A stretch of 64,000 nt of DNA from Candidatus Saccharimonadales bacterium (GCA_041751215.1 JBGSXW010000003.1:19613-83612); one strand, 5' to 3'. Positions 43,945 to 54,496 are shown, counted from the first letter of the stretch. Notes: generated from the letters alone by a model not told the origin. Numbers and translations are program-made.

Positions 43945-45865
43945 GCGAAGATCACCACTTAAATCTAAAAGCGGTAATCATGATAATGATTTTCTTGGGT
44001 TAGGATTGGCCGAAGACTGGATGCAGAGTTTGTTGTCGGGAGGGGTGGTGGTTGATGAGCGGGACGCAGGAAATCACAGCCAGGCTCGGGGCCGGATTTT
44101 GTTGATGGTAGCCGGCCTCATGATTGTATTTGTTGTCTTGTTTGTTCGACTATTCACCATGCAAGTAATGTCGTCGGATCAATACTCGGCCCAAGCTAGC
44201 GGGAATCGCATTCGAGAGATTGTAGAATACGCACCCCGAGGGCGAATATTTGATCGAGGCAATAAAGTGCTGGCCGATAATACACTCTCGTTTCAACTGA
44301 GTGCGGTTCCGTATTTAACTGACCGTGATTCAAACGAGAGGGCGGCCGACTTGCAGCGGATCGCAAAGATTCTGGATCGACCTGCAAGCGAGCTGGCCTC
44401 ATTGCTAAATGCCAAGGGGCTTGAGTTTACCGAACCAGTAGTTGTAGCCGAGCGAATTACTCACTCTCAGGCTTTGAAACTCTCGGCGAGCATCCCTAAA
44501 CTTGACGGATTTTCCTTAGATGAAATACCCATCAGAACTTATGAACGTCGCGGTGCTTTGTCGCACATCATTGGCTATACCGGACGCGTCAGTGAGGCGG
44601 ATTTAGAGAATGATCAAACCGAAAAGCTACTTTTAACGGACTATGTCGGTAAAGACGGAATCGAGAAAACGTATGATGAGATTCTGCGCGGAACCAACGG
44701 ATGGCAGCGGATTGAGGTGGATGCGCTAGGGCGACCGGTTCGCATCTTGGGCAAGCAGGCTCCTCGGCCGGGTCAAGATATTCACCTAACGATCGACTTT
44801 AAAACTCAGAAGGGGCTTACCGATGCTCTGCGTCAGGAAATGAAGCGAGCAAAAGTTCGCAAGGCTTCGTCGGTGGCGGTGGATCCAAGAGACGGTTCTG
44901 TAATTGCTATGGTTAGCCTGCCAAGTTACGACAACAATTTATTTGCTAAGGGTATATCAACTAAGGACTTTAATCGTCTAGTAAACAATCCAGACCAGCC
45001 ACTACTAAATAAATCGATTGCCGGTGGTTATGTGACCGGCTCAATAATTAAGCCCTTAGTGGCCGCGGCCGCACTGCAAGAGGGCGTAGTTGATCAAAAC
45101 ACTGTGATCGTTGACCGAGGTTTTATTGATGTCGTAAGTGAGTATCAGCCCGGAGCCTACTTTAGGTTTAGGGGTTGGAATCCGGCTGGTTTAGGGCCAA
45201 TGACGGTGCGCAGTGCAATTGCTATGAGCTCAAACATTTACTTCTTTACGGCTGGCGGTGGACACGGAGGCATTGATGGCTTGGGCGAAGAACGCCTAAC
45301 GCATTACTACCGGGAGTTCGGCTTGGGCTCTTTGTCGGGAATTGACATTCCTGGCGAGATTGATGGACTAGTTCCGGATGCCGAGTGGAAGCAGGCAAAT
45401 CGGGGCGATTCTTGGTACGTCGGCGACACTTACAACATTTCGATTGGGCAGGGTGACTTAATCATTTCGCCGCTGCAAATCACCATGGCCGAGGCTGTAG
45501 TGGCTAACAAAGGAAGTCTCTGGGAGCCGTATTTGCTCAAGGGGGCCGAGCCAACTCTGCGACGAGAACTTAAAATTGATGACAAAAACTTTACTCTTGT
45601 TCATGAGGGTATGCGCGAGGTGTTAACCAACGGTTTAACCTGTGAGTGCATTTTTGACCAGGTTCCAGTTAAAGTAGCCGGAAAAAGCGGAACGTCTGAA
45701 ACCGACCCGGATTCTGGCCGTCGTCCTCACGGTTGGTTCACGGCGTTTGCACCGTATAACAATCCCGAAATGGTCATAACTGTGTTTTTAGAAGAAGGGT
45801 TTAATGGTACTGAGTTTGGTGCTCCGGTAGCGGCTAGAGCGCTCGAGCTTTACTTTAAGCGTTAG
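43934..45865 (+). CDS. mrdA: Penicillin-binding protein 2 (class B transpeptidase)
   Basis: TM anchor and pedestal domain, then SIIK (SxxK), SSN (SxN) and KSGT (KTG-type). Confidence 0.9.
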   Translation: MGARRRSPLKSKSGNHDNDFLGLGLAEDWMQSLLSGGVVVDERDAGNHSQARGRILLMVAGLMIVFVVLFVRLFTMQVMSSDQYSAQASGNRIREIVEYAPRGRIFDRGNKVLADNTLSFQLSAVPYLTDRDSNERAADLQRIAKILDRPASELASLLNAKGLEFTEPVVVAERITHSQALKLSASIPKLDGFSLDEIPIRTYERRGALSHIIGYTGRVSEADLENDQTEKLLLTDYVGKDGIEKTYDEILRGTNGWQRIEVDALGRPVRILGKQAPRPGQDIHLTIDFKTQKGLTDALRQEMKRAKVRKASSVAVDPRDGSVIAMVSLPSYDNNLFAKGISTKDFNRLVNNPDQPLLNKSIAGGYVTGSIIKPLVAAAALQEGVVDQNTVIVDRGFIDVVSEYQPGAYFRFRGWNPAGLGPMTVRSAIAMSSNIYFFTAGGGHGGIDGLGEERLTHYYREFGLGSLSGIDIPGEIDGLVPDAEWKQANRGDSWYVGDTYNISIGQGDLIISPLQITMAEAVVANKGSLWEPYLLKGAEPTLRRELKIDDKNFTLVHEGMREVLTNGLTCECIFDQVPVKVAGKSGTSETDPDSGRRPHGWFTAFAPYNNPEMVITVFLEEGFNGTEFGAPVAARALELYFKR

Positions 45866-46027
45866 AATCTTAAATGTTATAATGTCGGTGGCCCAACTCA
45901 GACGTGGCTAATTTTTACCCAGACAAAACTTGCAATCAAACAGAAAATACAGTAGTTTTAATGTTTTAAAGAGAGTGATTATTCGCAGTCTCGCATTTAT
46001 AAGAGACAGTGAAGAGAGTAGGGAGAT

Positions 46028-46489
46028 ATGAAGAAAGAATTCCATTTAACCAGGGAGGGGATTGCAAAGCTCAAAGAGGAGCTGAAGACTTTAGCTGGCA
46101 AACGATTTGATGTCGCCGGCAAGCTAAAAGCTGCGCGCAGCCAAGGTGACTTGGCCGAGAACTCTGAGTACCAGACAGCCCGAGAAGAACAAGTTCAAAT
46201 CGAGCAAAGAGCGGCTGAAATCGAGCACATCCTGACCAACGTCGAGGAAATTAAAAGCAACAAAAAGAGCAGCAAAGTTATTTTAGGATCAACCGTTAAT
46301 CTAAAAGACGGCCCAAGTGGCGATAGGACGTTTTCAATTGTGGGATCTGTTGAGGCAAATCCAGCTGAGAACAAAATTTCTGACGAATCACCAATTGGAC
46401 AAGCCTTACTCGGTAAAAAAGTCGGCGATAAAGTAGAGATTGACCTACCAGCCGGCAAAAAGACGTATACAATAAAGAGCATCAGTTAA
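46028..46489 (+). CDS. greA: Transcription elongation factor GreA
   Basis: LTREGIAKLKEELKTL.., ..ARSQGDLAENSEYQTAREEQ.. and ..ISDESPIGQALLGKKVGD.. Confidence 0.93.
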   Translation: MKKEFHLTREGIAKLKEELKTLAGKRFDVAGKLKAARSQGDLAENSEYQTAREEQVQIEQRAAEIEHILTNVEEIKSNKKSSKVILGSTVNLKDGPSGDRTFSIVGSVEANPAENKISDESPIGQALLGKKVGDKVEIDLPAGKKTYTIKSIS

Positions 46490-46519
46490 GCTCCGGCAGC
46501 AACTTAAGTAGGAAAAGTT

Positions 46520-48064
46520 ATGGCCGATAACTACTGGCTCAATTCTATAGTTGATGAAATTGAACAGCGCCACCCCGACGGGGAGGTGTTGGTTGAGTCT
46601 GGGGCTTCGCCATCGGGTATTTATCACTTTGGTCACTTGCGCGAAGTTATAACTTGCGATGCGATCTTGCTAGAACTGCGGCGCCGTGGACGTCAAGCGC
46701 GTCATGTCCACTTCGTTGATGATCTTGATGCTCTGCGCAAAATTCCTGTAAACATTCCAGATGAGTACGAAAAGTATTTAGGAATTCCGCTTTGCGATGT
46801 TCCAGCCCCCGACGGCTCAGACCGTTCGTACGCCGATTACTTTGTTCAAGACCTAATCGATACCTGTAAGGTCCTTGGCATTGAAGTTGAGTTTATTCGA
46901 TCACACGAAAAGTATCGAACAGGGTTTTTTGTACCGGCTATAGAGCGAGCTATCGAGCGAGCCGATCAGGTTCGAAAAACTCTAGAAGAAGTTTCTGGAC
47001 ACAAACTTGATGAAAACTGGTCGCCGATTCAGGTTCTCGAGGGCGAGTACCTAAAGAGTCGAAAATTTGTGGCCATTGATACTAATAGCAAAACAATCCA
47101 GTTTGAAGAGCGCGAAGGCGGCACGGGAACCGTCGCCTACGACAAAGGAGAAGTTAAACTTGATTGGCGCATCGACTGGCCGGCTCGTTGGTGGCTGTTA
47201 CCGGTACATGCCGAGCCAGCAGGTCGTGATCACTCAACTCGAGGCGGATCTTTTGACACTGGTCTAGCAATCCTCAAAGACGTTTTTGACACCGAAGGCC
47301 TGGTGGCAGTGCCTTACGATTTTGTGAACTTAGCCGGCGATCCAAAAAAGATGAGCGCTAGCCGCGGCACCGGCATTCAGGCCAAGGAGATCGCTAAAGT
47401 TTTACCTCCGGAAGTTGTCAGGTTTTTTATGCTGCGCTATCCACCAAGCAAACGACTGTATTTTGACCAAGTCGATGGCATGACCCGACTAGTTGATGAG
47501 TTTGCTGAACTAATCTCAAAAGAGAGAAGCGAAGCCGAACAGCAACTGCTTAGTCTTTGCACTCAACCACTGGGCGATAAAGTGGTGGTGTCGCCGGTTC
47601 CTTTTTCTCACTTAGTCGAAAGTTACCAAGCTGCCCTCAAGGACCCAGAGGCTACTCTAAATGTCCTGCGTCGCACCGAATACAAAGACGACATAGACGC
47701 CAACCAAGAGATCATCAAGCACGAGCTAGAGTTTATCGATGCGTGGCTCGAGCACTGGGCGCCCGAAGACGTGAAGTTCTCCCTTCAAGATACCGTAGAC
47801 GTGAGCAGCTTGAGCTCGGCTCAAAAGAGCTATCTAGCTGAGCTTGCAAGTAAAGTTGAGTCAGCGCCAAAAGAAGCCGACGGGGAGTGGTTCCATAAAG
47901 CAATTTATGACTTCAAGGACAGTAGTGGGCTTGAGCCAAAACAACTGTTCACGACTCTATATCAGGTCATCTTAGGTAAGGATTCTGGTCCGCGTGCTGG
48001 CTGGTTCTTATCGATGCTAGACCGAGACTGGTTGATAAAGCGCTTACGCGAAGCTGGCTCATAG
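46520..48064 (+). CDS. lysK: Lysyl-tRNA synthetase, class I
   Basis: SGASPSGIYHFGHLREV (HIGH-type) and KMSASRGTG (KMSKS-type). Size and layout fit class I LysRS. Confidence 0.88.
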   Translation: MADNYWLNSIVDEIEQRHPDGEVLVESGASPSGIYHFGHLREVITCDAILLELRRRGRQARHVHFVDDLDALRKIPVNIPDEYEKYLGIPLCDVPAPDGSDRSYADYFVQDLIDTCKVLGIEVEFIRSHEKYRTGFFVPAIERAIERADQVRKTLEEVSGHKLDENWSPIQVLEGEYLKSRKFVAIDTNSKTIQFEEREGGTGTVAYDKGEVKLDWRIDWPARWWLLPVHAEPAGRDHSTRGGSFDTGLAILKDVFDTEGLVAVPYDFVNLAGDPKKMSASRGTGIQAKEIAKVLPPEVVRFFMLRYPPSKRLYFDQVDGMTRLVDEFAELISKERSEAEQQLLSLCTQPLGDKVVVSPVPFSHLVESYQAALKDPEATLNVLRRTEYKDDIDANQEIIKHELEFIDAWLEHWAPEDVKFSLQDTVDVSSLSSAQKSYLAELASKVESAPKEADGEWFHKAIYDFKDSSGLEPKQLFTTLYQVILGKDSGPRAGWFLSMLDRDWLIKRLREAGS

Positions 48065-48244
48065 AGTAAACTAGTGGCAGAAGCTGTTTGATAATTCACT
48101 TTTAGAGTTAAAGCTGGAGTCGGTTTTGCGAAAACTGTGAAGGATGAGGATAGCGTATCGAATGACTACGGTGACGAATTCTGAACAGTTTGCAGCCAAC
48201 CGAAATAGCTTTAGAATGAAAGGGAATTTTTAAACAGGTTCATA

Positions 48245-49543
48245 ATGCTCGACATTCAATTCATTCGAGAAAACAAAGATCAAGTTAAGCAAGCCGCAGC
48301 CAATAAAAAGGTTGAGGTTGATATTGATCGCTTGCTGGAGCTTGATGGGCAGCGACGGGAGCTAATTCCACGACTAGAAGACTTGCAGCGTCAGCGAAAT
48401 GAGCACGCTCAGAGCTTACAAAGCGGCCAACCAACTCCAGAGCAAATCGAGCAAGGCAGACAACTCAAAGAGCAGGCAGCTGACCTTGAGTCACAGCTAG
48501 ATCAAGTAGAAGGCGGATTGAACCAGCTTATTCGTAGCGTTCCCAACGTTCATTTATCGGACGTACCGATTGGTGCCAGCGAGGATGACAACGTGGTCGT
48601 TAAGACAGTTGGCGAGAAACCACATTTCGAGTTTGAGCCTAAGAGTCATGTTGAACTGGCAGAAGGTAAGGGCTGGATAGACAAAGAGCGAGCCGCGAAA
48701 GTATCCGGCGCTCGATTCGCCTATCTAAAAGGGGACTTGGCGCGCTTACAGTTTGCGATCATTCAATTTGTTATCGATACTCTTGGTGACGAAGCAAAGC
48801 TTCAAGAAATAATTACAGCCAACAACTTGTCGGTGTCAGCCAAGCCATTTGAGCCGATTTTGCCACCAATGATGGTGCGCACAGACGCATACGAAGCCAC
48901 AGCCCGCCTCGATGCCGAAGAGACTACATACAAGCTAGCCGACGACGAGCTATGGCTTAACGCCAGCGCCGAACACAGTCTCTGCAATATGTATATGGAT
49001 GAGATTCTGCCGGCTAAAAGTTTGCCCCTTCGTTATATCGGCTATGCAACGAGTTTTCGTCGTGAGGCTGGTACGTACGGCAAAGACATGGAAGGCATTC
49101 TGCGGCTTCATCAGTTCGACAAACTCGAGATGGAAGTTTTCTCGGATGCCAGCAGCGGCCTAGAAGAGCATAAGTTTCTCGTAGCAGTGCAAGAATATCT
49201 GGTTGGGCAACTAGGGCTTAGTTATCAGGTAGTACAAAAGTGTACAGCCGACATCGGAAAACCTAACGCCCAAGGAGTAGACATTGACACCTGGATGCCT
49301 GGTCAAGATAAGTACCGCGAAACCCACACCGCCGATTACATGACCGACTATCAGGCCCGCCGACTCAAGACTCGTGTGCGACAAGATGACGGCTCGGTAA
49401 CACTTGTGCACACAAACGATGCAACAGGGTTTGCTCTCGGAAGAATTATGATTGCGATCATCGAAAACTACCAAACCGCAGAAGGTAACGTCCGAATTCC
49501 AGAAGCACTTAAAAAGTATATGAACGGAAGGGAACAAATATGA
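48245..49543 (+). CDS. serS: Seryl-tRNA synthetase
   Basis: MLDIQFIRENKD.. begins the coiled-coil arm. FRREAGTYGKD and GRIMIAIIENYQ. Confidence 0.95.
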   Translation: MLDIQFIRENKDQVKQAAANKKVEVDIDRLLELDGQRRELIPRLEDLQRQRNEHAQSLQSGQPTPEQIEQGRQLKEQAADLESQLDQVEGGLNQLIRSVPNVHLSDVPIGASEDDNVVVKTVGEKPHFEFEPKSHVELAEGKGWIDKERAAKVSGARFAYLKGDLARLQFAIIQFVIDTLGDEAKLQEIITANNLSVSAKPFEPILPPMMVRTDAYEATARLDAEETTYKLADDELWLNASAEHSLCNMYMDEILPAKSLPLRYIGYATSFRREAGTYGKDMEGILRLHQFDKLEMEVFSDASSGLEEHKFLVAVQEYLVGQLGLSYQVVQKCTADIGKPNAQGVDIDTWMPGQDKYRETHTADYMTDYQARRLKTRVRQDDGSVTLVHTNDATGFALGRIMIAIIENYQTAEGNVRIPEALKKYMNGREQI

Positions 49544-49926
49544 TCGAGCGCATGGAAATAAGCGGCGTGCACTACAAGCTAAACGACGACATCAAAAAGT
49601 ATGTCGAGAAAAAAATCGGTCGACTAGATCGCTTTGTGCCAGCAGCTATGCGAGATGCCGTACATGTTGAGGTTAAACTCGATGAAAAGCGTAAAGGCGC
49701 CGACAAATTTATGTGTGAGGTTGTACTGCACTTGCCTCACGACATTATTACCGTTAAAGAAACCACAATTAATATTTTTGCAGCTGTCGACATTGTCGAA
49801 GCAAAGCTCAAAAACCAATTAAAAAAGTACAAGGAAAAAAACACCAGCCATACTGCTGATCGCAAGAAAACGTTTAGCAGACTCAGAAAGTTGGCTGACC
49901 GCGACTATTGGGGGAAGCAGAATTAA
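49540..49926 (+). CDS. hpf: Ribosome hibernation / translation inhibitor factor (RaiA/HPF, short form)
   Basis: ISGVHYKLNDDIKKYVEKKIGRLDRF.. and ..AAVDIVEAKLKNQLKKYKEK. Confidence 0.85.
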   Translation: MIERMEISGVHYKLNDDIKKYVEKKIGRLDRFVPAAMRDAVHVEVKLDEKRKGADKFMCEVVLHLPHDIITVKETTINIFAAVDIVEAKLKNQLKKYKEKNTSHTADRKKTFSRLRKLADRDYWGKQN

Positions 49927-50004
49927 CCAAACGAGTTTAGAATTTATCTCGCAGATGTGGGATAATGAGGTTCGATATCTGGTGGGACAGGGAGTATTTA
50001 GATC

Positions 50005-52602
50005 GTGAAAAAGACACTAACAAAAATCTTAGGGGATCCACAACGTAAGGTCGTTAAGCGGCTAGAGAAGCGTGTTAAAGAAGTTAATGACTTTGGCCCG
50101 AAGCTAGCCAAGTTAAGCGATGCTCAGCTTAAAAAGAAGACCGCCGAGTTTAAGGCCCGTCTAGAAAAGAAAGAAACTCTCGATGACATACTGCCCGAAG
50201 CTTTTGCTGTGGTTCGAGAAGCATCCGGGCGCACCATTGGCATGCGCCACTTTGACGTTCAGTTGGTGGGCGCAATGGCGTTGCATGACGGCAACGTAGC
50301 CGAGATGAAAACCGGCGAAGGCAAGACCTTGGTCGCAACGCTAGCGGTGTATCTAAATGCATTAACTGGCAAGGGCGTGCATGTGGTCACCGTCAACGAT
50401 TACTTGGCTCAGCGCGACGCCGGTTGGATGGCAGAAATTTATGATTTCTTGGGACTGAGCGTGGGCGTAGTCATACCAGAAAAGACCTTTATTTATGACG
50501 CAAAGTTTAACAACAGCGATCATGAGGATCCTAGGTTTAAGCACCTTCGACCGGCCGAAACCCGCCGCGAAGCTTATGACGCCGATGTCACGTATGGAAC
50601 AAACAACGAGTTTGGCTTTGACTATCTGCGCGACAACATGGTTAGAGAGCTAAGCCAGCTTAGACAGCGCGAATTAAACTTTGCAATCGTAGACGAAGTC
50701 GACTCGATCTTGGTAGACGAGGCCCGAACTCCGCTAATTATTTCTGCCGCTGCATCAAATAGCGGCAGTAGCTACAGCACTTTCGCTCAAATCGCTCGTC
50801 GACTAACGCCAGACGATTACGAAAAGGACGAAAAACGTCGTAGCGTCGGACTCAAAGATGAGGGTGTTGAAAAAGTCGAGAAGTGGCTCGGCGTAAAAAA
50901 CCTTTACGCACCAGAAAACGTCCGAATGATTTATCACATGGATCAAGCACTGCGCGCCGAAACACTGTTTAAGCGAGACAAAGACTACGTGGTTAACGAA
51001 GGCGGCGAAGTGGTTATTGTCGATGAGTTTACCGGTCGTTTGATGCCTGGTCGTCGCTATAACGAAGGATTACACCAGGCAATCGAAGCCAAGGAAGGCG
51101 TTGAGGTTCTGCAAGAATCTATGACGCTCGCCACCATTAGTTTTCAGAACTACTTTAGGCTCTATAAAAAGCTTTCTGGCATGACCGGTACTGCCAAAAC
51201 CGAAGAAGAAGAGTTTCAGCAAATCTACGACCTCGATGTTATTGAAATTCCTACCAACATGCCAATCGCCCGAGAAGATCGAGGAGACAAGATCTTTAAG
51301 TCGGAAGCCGGCAAATTTAAAGCCATCGTAGCGCAGGTCAAAGAACTGCAAGAAAAGGGACAACCAGTTCTAATCGGTACAGCCTCAATTCAAAAGAACG
51401 AAGTTCTCTCTGAGCTACTCAGTAAGTCGGGCGTGCCCCACAAAGTTCTAAACGCCAAAAACAACGAGGGCGAGGCAGCGATTGTTGCAAAGGCCGGGCA
51501 AAAGGGTGCAGTTACGCTAGCTACCAACATTGCCGGTCGTGGTACCGACATTGTCTTAGGCAAGGGCATAACTGACCTGGGCGGATTATACGTTTTGGGC
51601 TCAGAGCGACACGAAGCGCGGCGAATCGACAACCAGCTGCGCGGCCGCGCCGGACGTCAGGGCGATCCCGGTGTCACGCAGTTTTTTGTATCCGCCGAAG
51701 ACGACCTAATGCGAATCTTTGGTGGTGAACGAATTGCTTCAGTAATGAATCGGCTCGGAGTCGGGGATGATGAACCAATCGAGAACCGCACCCTTTCAAA
51801 AGCCCTAGAAACTGCCCAGAAAAAGGTCGAGGATCATAACTTTGATTCCCGTAAGCACGTTGTTCAGTACGACGATGTTATGAACCGTCACCGCAAGGCT
51901 ACATACACCTTGCGTCGCCAAATCCTAGAAAGCAAAGATATTTCCGAGAAAGTAACCCAGCTAATAGAAAATCAAGTTCAGGCCTTTGCACCGAAGCCAG
52001 ATGAAAAAATAGCTGATTTAGTCAACGATGCCAACGTGGTATTTCATTTTGATGACACCGCAAAGCGCAGCTTAAAAAAGGCCAATATCGAAAACTTCTC
52101 AGAGCTTTTAGCTAAGCAAGTAAAGCGACTGCGGTCTGCTAAAACTGAGGAATTTGGCAAGGATATGATGCTTCAAGTTGAGCGCGAAATTCACCTGCAA
52201 ATACTCGACAACTTATGGATGCAACATCTAGAAAATATGGATCACCTGCGCGAAGGCATTAACTGGCGCTCGGTTGGACAAAAGGATCCTCTGGTTGAAT
52301 ACCGCCGGGATGGTCAGCAGTTGTTTGAACAAATGCAGGCTGGCTTAGAAATTGAGGTGGTGCGCGCCTTATTCCACGCCGAGCTTAGACGCGAAGTTGA
52401 GCCCGATGAGCCGATTGAGACGGAACTAACCAGAGCAGCGCGGAGTTCGATCGAACAGTCTGATACCTCACAGAGTGGCTCAAGTAGCAAAGCGAGCGAA
52501 TCTCGATCTTCGGCTAGCAAAGCCAAGCCTGCCGGTAAGCACACTGATGCTCGCAAAAAGAAGAAACAGCAACGAAAAAACCGCAAAAAAAATCGAAACT
52601 AG
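50005..52602 (+). CDS. secA: Preprotein translocase ATPase SecA
   Basis: MKTGEGKTLVATL, DEVDSILVDEARTPLIIS and TNIAGRGTDI. GTG start after AGGGAG. Basic C-terminal tail. Confidence 0.97.
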   Translation: MKKTLTKILGDPQRKVVKRLEKRVKEVNDFGPKLAKLSDAQLKKKTAEFKARLEKKETLDDILPEAFAVVREASGRTIGMRHFDVQLVGAMALHDGNVAEMKTGEGKTLVATLAVYLNALTGKGVHVVTVNDYLAQRDAGWMAEIYDFLGLSVGVVIPEKTFIYDAKFNNSDHEDPRFKHLRPAETRREAYDADVTYGTNNEFGFDYLRDNMVRELSQLRQRELNFAIVDEVDSILVDEARTPLIISAAASNSGSSYSTFAQIARRLTPDDYEKDEKRRSVGLKDEGVEKVEKWLGVKNLYAPENVRMIYHMDQALRAETLFKRDKDYVVNEGGEVVIVDEFTGRLMPGRRYNEGLHQAIEAKEGVEVLQESMTLATISFQNYFRLYKKLSGMTGTAKTEEEEFQQIYDLDVIEIPTNMPIAREDRGDKIFKSEAGKFKAIVAQVKELQEKGQPVLIGTASIQKNEVLSELLSKSGVPHKVLNAKNNEGEAAIVAKAGQKGAVTLATNIAGRGTDIVLGKGITDLGGLYVLGSERHEARRIDNQLRGRAGRQGDPGVTQFFVSAEDDLMRIFGGERIASVMNRLGVGDDEPIENRTLSKALETAQKKVEDHNFDSRKHVVQYDDVMNRHRKATYTLRRQILESKDISEKVTQLIENQVQAFAPKPDEKIADLVNDANVVFHFDDTAKRSLKKANIENFSELLAKQVKRLRSAKTEEFGKDMMLQVEREIHLQILDNLWMQHLENMDHLREGINWRSVGQKDPLVEYRRDGQQLFEQMQAGLEIEVVRALFHAELRREVEPDEPIETELTRAARSSIEQSDTSQSGSSSKASESRSSASKAKPAGKHTDARKKKKQQRKNRKKNRN

Positions 52603-52711
52603 ACAAACAGTAGGTAGTAACGAGTTGCAAACCGCCACCGCTTATGGTTATCTTGTAGGGTAATAACGTGCCTGTTTTGGTACATAAAATAACGGATAGA
52701 AAAGGGGTTAT

Positions 52712-53323
52712 ATGCCACCAAGCAATCCACAAGATCCAAGTCAAACACCGGCCGAGCCGGTCGGCATGCCACCAGCAGCCGATGAGCCAGTAGCGCCGGT
52801 CGAACCGCCTACTGAAGAAGCTAACAATGATGTATCGGCACCAGATCCGATGCCGCCAATGAGCACCGATGCGCCAGCCGATCCGGTTGTGCCCGCTCCA
52901 GAAGTAGCAGCACCAGATTTGGGTGTTGGTGACGATAATCCAGTGCCGAGCCCTGCTCCAATGCCGGGTGTTGATGAAACACCAGCAAACGGAGAGGGCG
53001 ATAGTCAAGGCGATGACACTACACCTCCAGCCATGCCTCCTGCAGATGGGGGTGGTTTTGGTGGCGATAGCACAAATCCGCCAGCCGGCGGTGGTATGAA
53101 TGACGGGGCAGCAGCCCCGTCGTCAATCCCTTCTGGCGACGTTCCAGCAGTTGGTATGGTTGGCGCTACGACGCCAGTCGCACCAAATGTTGGAGCAGCT
53201 GTTAGCTCTGGAATGCAGGACATGCAATCTAGCGGACCTAATGTGTCTAAAATAGTTATGATTGTTGGTTTTGTCTTTGGCTTTATAGCTATTGCTGCAG
53301 CCGGAGCCTTTCTTTTAGCCTAG
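52712..53323 (+). CDS. Hypothetical Pro/Ala/Asp-rich tail-anchored membrane protein
   Basis: SD AAAAGGGG. About 175 aa of low-complexity PxxP/acidic sequence, then a single C-terminal TM IVMIVGFVFGFIAIAAAGAFLLA. Confidence 0.6.
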   Translation: MPPSNPQDPSQTPAEPVGMPPAADEPVAPVEPPTEEANNDVSAPDPMPPMSTDAPADPVVPAPEVAAPDLGVGDDNPVPSPAPMPGVDETPANGEGDSQGDDTTPPAMPPADGGGFGGDSTNPPAGGGMNDGAAAPSSIPSGDVPAVGMVGATTPVAPNVGAAVSSGMQDMQSSGPNVSKIVMIVGFVFGFIAIAAAGAFLLA

Positions 53324-53346
53324 GCGCTCATCAAACAGAGGGCTAG

Positions 53347-53355
53347 TGCTATAAT
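53347..53355 (+). promoter_or_regulatory. Extended -10 box, 8 nt from the prfB GTG (leaderless-type)
   Basis: TGCTATAAT, then TATTAGCT, then GTG at 53364. An in-frame TAA at 53352 excludes a longer ORF. Confidence 0.4.
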
Positions 53356-53363
53356 TATTAGCT

Positions 53364-54455
53364 GTGAACGACTTAGAGCAGGCAATTTCTGAATTAAAGT
53401 GGGCGGTTGATGATGCAACGGCTCGACTTAACATTAAGTCGCAAACCGCTGAGCTCGCAGCTCTAGAGGAGCAAATGAGCAAGCCTAATTTTTGGGATGA
53501 CGCCAACAAGGCGCAAACACTTAGCAAGCGCCACGCACAGCTTAAGGCAGCAATTGAGCCCTGGGTTGAGCTAAGCAAGGAGGTCGTTGAATTGCAGGAG
53601 TTTGCGTCGATGGACGACGATGCTCTAACGGCCGAAATTAAACAACGACTCAATCGTGCTCAGAAAAGCTTAGATGAACACAAGTCAGAATTAAGCCTGT
53701 CTGGTAAATATGATGCCTATGATGCCATTGTTAATATTCACGCTGGTGCCGGCGGGCTAGATGCACAAGATTGGGCGCAAATGTTGATGAAGATGTATGC
53801 AAAGTGGGCAGATAAAGAGGAACTCAGTCTTGAAGTTATAGATGAATCAACCGGGGAAGAGGCCGGGATAAAAAACGCCTCAATCAGTATCGGCGGACGC
53901 TTTGCCTATGGACGCCTAAAAGGGGAGCACGGAGTGCATAGGCTGGTTAGGATGAGTCCGTTTAACTCGGCGAACTCCCGCGAAACCTCCTTTGCCCAGG
54001 TTGAAGTGTTGCCGCAAATCGACGAGCCAAGCGAACTTGAACTAGACGAGAAAGACTTAAAAATTGATGTTTACCGAGCCGGAGGCCGTGGTGGCCAGTC
54101 GGTTAACACCACTGATTCGGCAGTACGAATAACTCACGTACCAACTGGCATATCAGTAGCGATTCAAAACGAGCGCTCACAGCTCCAAAATAAAGAAACG
54201 GCCCTAAAGCTTATAAGATCAAAGCTCGCTCAACTGGCCGTAGAGCAACACGCGGATGCGCTCTCCAAAATTAAGGGGCCAAGCAAAGAGGCCGCTTGGG
54301 GTAATCAAATACGCTCATACGTTTTGCATCCATACACAATGGTTAAAGATAATCGCACAAAATTTCAGACTTCAGATGTTGATGGAGTGCTCGGCGGCGA
54401 CCTAAACGAATTTATTGAAGCCTACCTAGCAACTCTGTTAGGGGACTCAAACTAA
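53364..54455 (+). CDS. prfB: Peptide chain release factor 2 (single frame, no programmed frameshift)
   Basis: RMSPFNSANSRETSFA (SPF) and [20 protein letters not shown] (GGQ). The N-terminus is continuous in one frame. Confidence 0.93.
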   Translation: MNDLEQAISELKWAVDDATARLNIKSQTAELAALEEQMSKPNFWDDANKAQTLSKRHAQLKAAIEPWVELSKEVVELQEFASMDDDALTAEIKQRLNRAQKSLDEHKSELSLSGKYDAYDAIVNIHAGAGGLDAQDWAQMLMKMYAKWADKEELSLEVIDESTGEEAGIKNASISIGGRFAYGRLKGEHGVHRLVRMSPFNSANSRETSFAQVEVLPQIDEPSELELDEKDLKIDVYRAGGRGGQSVNTTDSAVRITHVPTGISVAIQNERSQLQNKETALKLIRSKLAQLAVEQHADALSKIKGPSKEAAWGNQIRSYVLHPYTMVKDNRTKFQTSDVDGVLGGDLNEFIEAYLATLLGDSN

Positions 54456-54496
54456 AGCCGATTTGCAAAGAAAAGTAGCCAGTTTAAAAGTGCTTC

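Noticed and set aside
53364-53460. Programmed +1 frameshift site (CTT TGA C) expected early in prfB
   Set aside because: The RF2 N-terminus is continuous in a single frame from GTG 53364, with no in-frame TGA. This prfB is of the non-frameshifting type.
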